A stretch of DNA of 63,683 nt, the filler included, from Octopus bimaculoides (taxonomy: Eukaryota), in NCBI RefSeq assembly GCF_001194135.2. It is 5 parts of 4 records of this genome, joined end to end, with 100 filler letters (N's around TTAATTAATTAA, not from the genome) between each part and the next. Parts side by side here need not be neighbours in the genome. Positions count along the whole stretch, not along the records: positions 62,156 to 63,683 come from NW_026431594.1; 4 more parts are not named here. One strand, written 5' to 3'. The notes below the pieces were generated by a model, which did not search any database, was not told the origin of the DNA, and saw only the letters and a list, made by a program, of their open reading frames with translations. Shown here piece after piece: positions 62,195 to 63,683 of this stretch. The translations under genes and the position numbers were made by a program. Within the stretch, counting starts at the first letter, position 1, and every line of letters begins with the position of its first letter.

Positions 62195-62955
62195 TGTGCA
62201 GAGGGTGCGAAAGGTATTTGAGGACATACCATTTTTAGGTCATAGCTGCATGTTTGCTAACTCTGTATAATGTTTGTTTCAGAAAATAATAATGGCAGAC
62301 CCTCATTTTACTCAAGAAATGAAGAGGCACGTTGTTATTGTAGTTATAAGGCTGAGCATAGCGGTTTAGAAATATCTCGAGCTTTAAAAGCTGCTAGATC
62401 TATCGTCTACGATGTTTGTTGATTGTGAAAACATAGTACCAGTATCCAAGCATAAAAGCATTCTAAGCGCTCTAAAATCATCTGAACACCTGAATTTATC
62501 CAGCAAGTTCACCGAACCATTGATTGCAATCACATGAGGTCAAATGCAAAAGATCTCCTGTGTCAGAAGGAACAGTCATAAATGATGAGAAAAGGTCAAT
62601 TTCTCAGAAAAGCAAAAGAAGATCCCTACATCAGATATGAAAGGTTCTTAAACAAACTGAAAATTCCAGCAAAAGAAGATTTGATTTAGTTTATCTCAAA
62701 CGAGAAAAGACTTCAACCATGATCAAAAAGTTAATAGAAGAAATAAAAGATGGTTATGTGCAGACCCTTCTGAAGTTCTAAGTGTTATGCATACAAAATT
62801 TCCTGCAGCTGTCATGGTTTTAGGAGTTGTCAGCAATGAAGGAGGCGTGATGTCTCCTTACTTCTTTCAACAAAGCCTTACAATTAACTCTGCGGCCTAC
62901 ATTGAGGTCCTGGAAATAATTGTTAAGCCCTGGGTAGACAGTGTATGCAATCCTC
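62195..62955 (+). mobile_element. Tc1/mariner maT (DD37D)-like transposase remnant, 3'-truncated
   Basis: (S)NEK.F..DQKVNRRN.RWLCADPSEV..VMHTKFPAAVMVLGVVSNEG.VM.P.FF...IN...Y..VL...VKPW. Confidence 0.8.
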
Positions 62956-63298
62956 CTTGCTTTATACTTGTTTCTAGACAGATTACGTCTTTTCTTTGGT
63001 GGCATATTTTTCCCAAATGTTCTAAACAAAAAATTATGAACATAGAAAGAAATTATATTAAAATCTTCTTTTTTTTTTGGTACTGAGTTATATCCGCAAA
63101 AATTTTATTTCATGAGAACAGAAAGTGAAAGAAGTTAAACTGAAAAGAACAGAGGAAGAAAGTGAAAGATGTATGTACGTTTATATGAAATGGACGTGTG
63201 TGTGTGTGTGTGTGCGTGCGTGCGTGCTTGCGCGTTTGTATGTGAGAGAGAAAGGGCGTGAGAAAGAGAGAGAGAGTGTGAGTGAGTGTATGTGTGGC

Positions 63299-63343
63299 GT
63301 GACGATTGACGTCTTTTAAAGTACACACACTTTTGTGACGTCA
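63299..63343. promoter_or_regulatory. Clustered CRE-like sites
   Basis: TGACGA (63300), TGACGTC (63307) and perfect TGACGTCA (63336) within 45 bp, where CpGs reappear. Confidence 0.35.
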
Positions 63344-63683
63344 TTCTATAAAAAAATTTACGATAGTTGATTTATAGAAAAGATTATGTTAAATTTCTGA
63401 AATGCAAATATGTGAATGAAAATGAAGTTAAATTTGTAGCCAAAATTGTACTGAATCTTTTGATACCCCATACGTCGAAATCTGTAACTTGATTTTGGAA
63501 AGCATAAGGAATATATAATATCAACATATAATATCGGACCTCTACATGGTAGCTTGACTTGATAGAAATAGCAACCAAATTTTCCCTCAAAACACCCTAC
63601 TGTCTTAATCCTACAATTCTGCCTATTATGTAATTTGAATGAGAAACTGTAACTAAGGATTAAGATTATTAACCCCACAGAGA

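Overview
AT-rich, microsatellite-dense eukaryotic scaffold with many N gaps. The SINE families, TTAGGG repeat and repeat landscape suggest an octopus/cephalopod genome (inference). I could not identify any intact host protein-coding gene. Almost all recognisable sequence is decayed transposable element: at least four tRNA-derived SINE families; RTE LINE remnants; two R4/Dong-clade LINE fragments sitting in (TAA)n tails; many Penelope-like (PLE) RT and GIY-YIG remnants; mariner and maT copies and MITEs; a piggyBac remnant; an LTR-retrotransposon remnant; a foldback-type MULE; and two Helentron-type HINE-like elements. The most notable unexplained structures are several minimal hammerhead-ribozyme (HHR) motifs of different families (34.1, 42.3 and 61.65 kb, degenerate at 4.8 and 49.7 kb), many long inverted repeats, a cryptic ~16-bp minisatellite, a telomeric repeat at a TE-TE junction, a motif-rich promoter-like hairpin at 14.5 kb, and an apparent CpG-retention to CpG-depletion transition. 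Boundaries were read by eye and most are approximate (about 10-30 bp) unless TIR/TSD positions are given.
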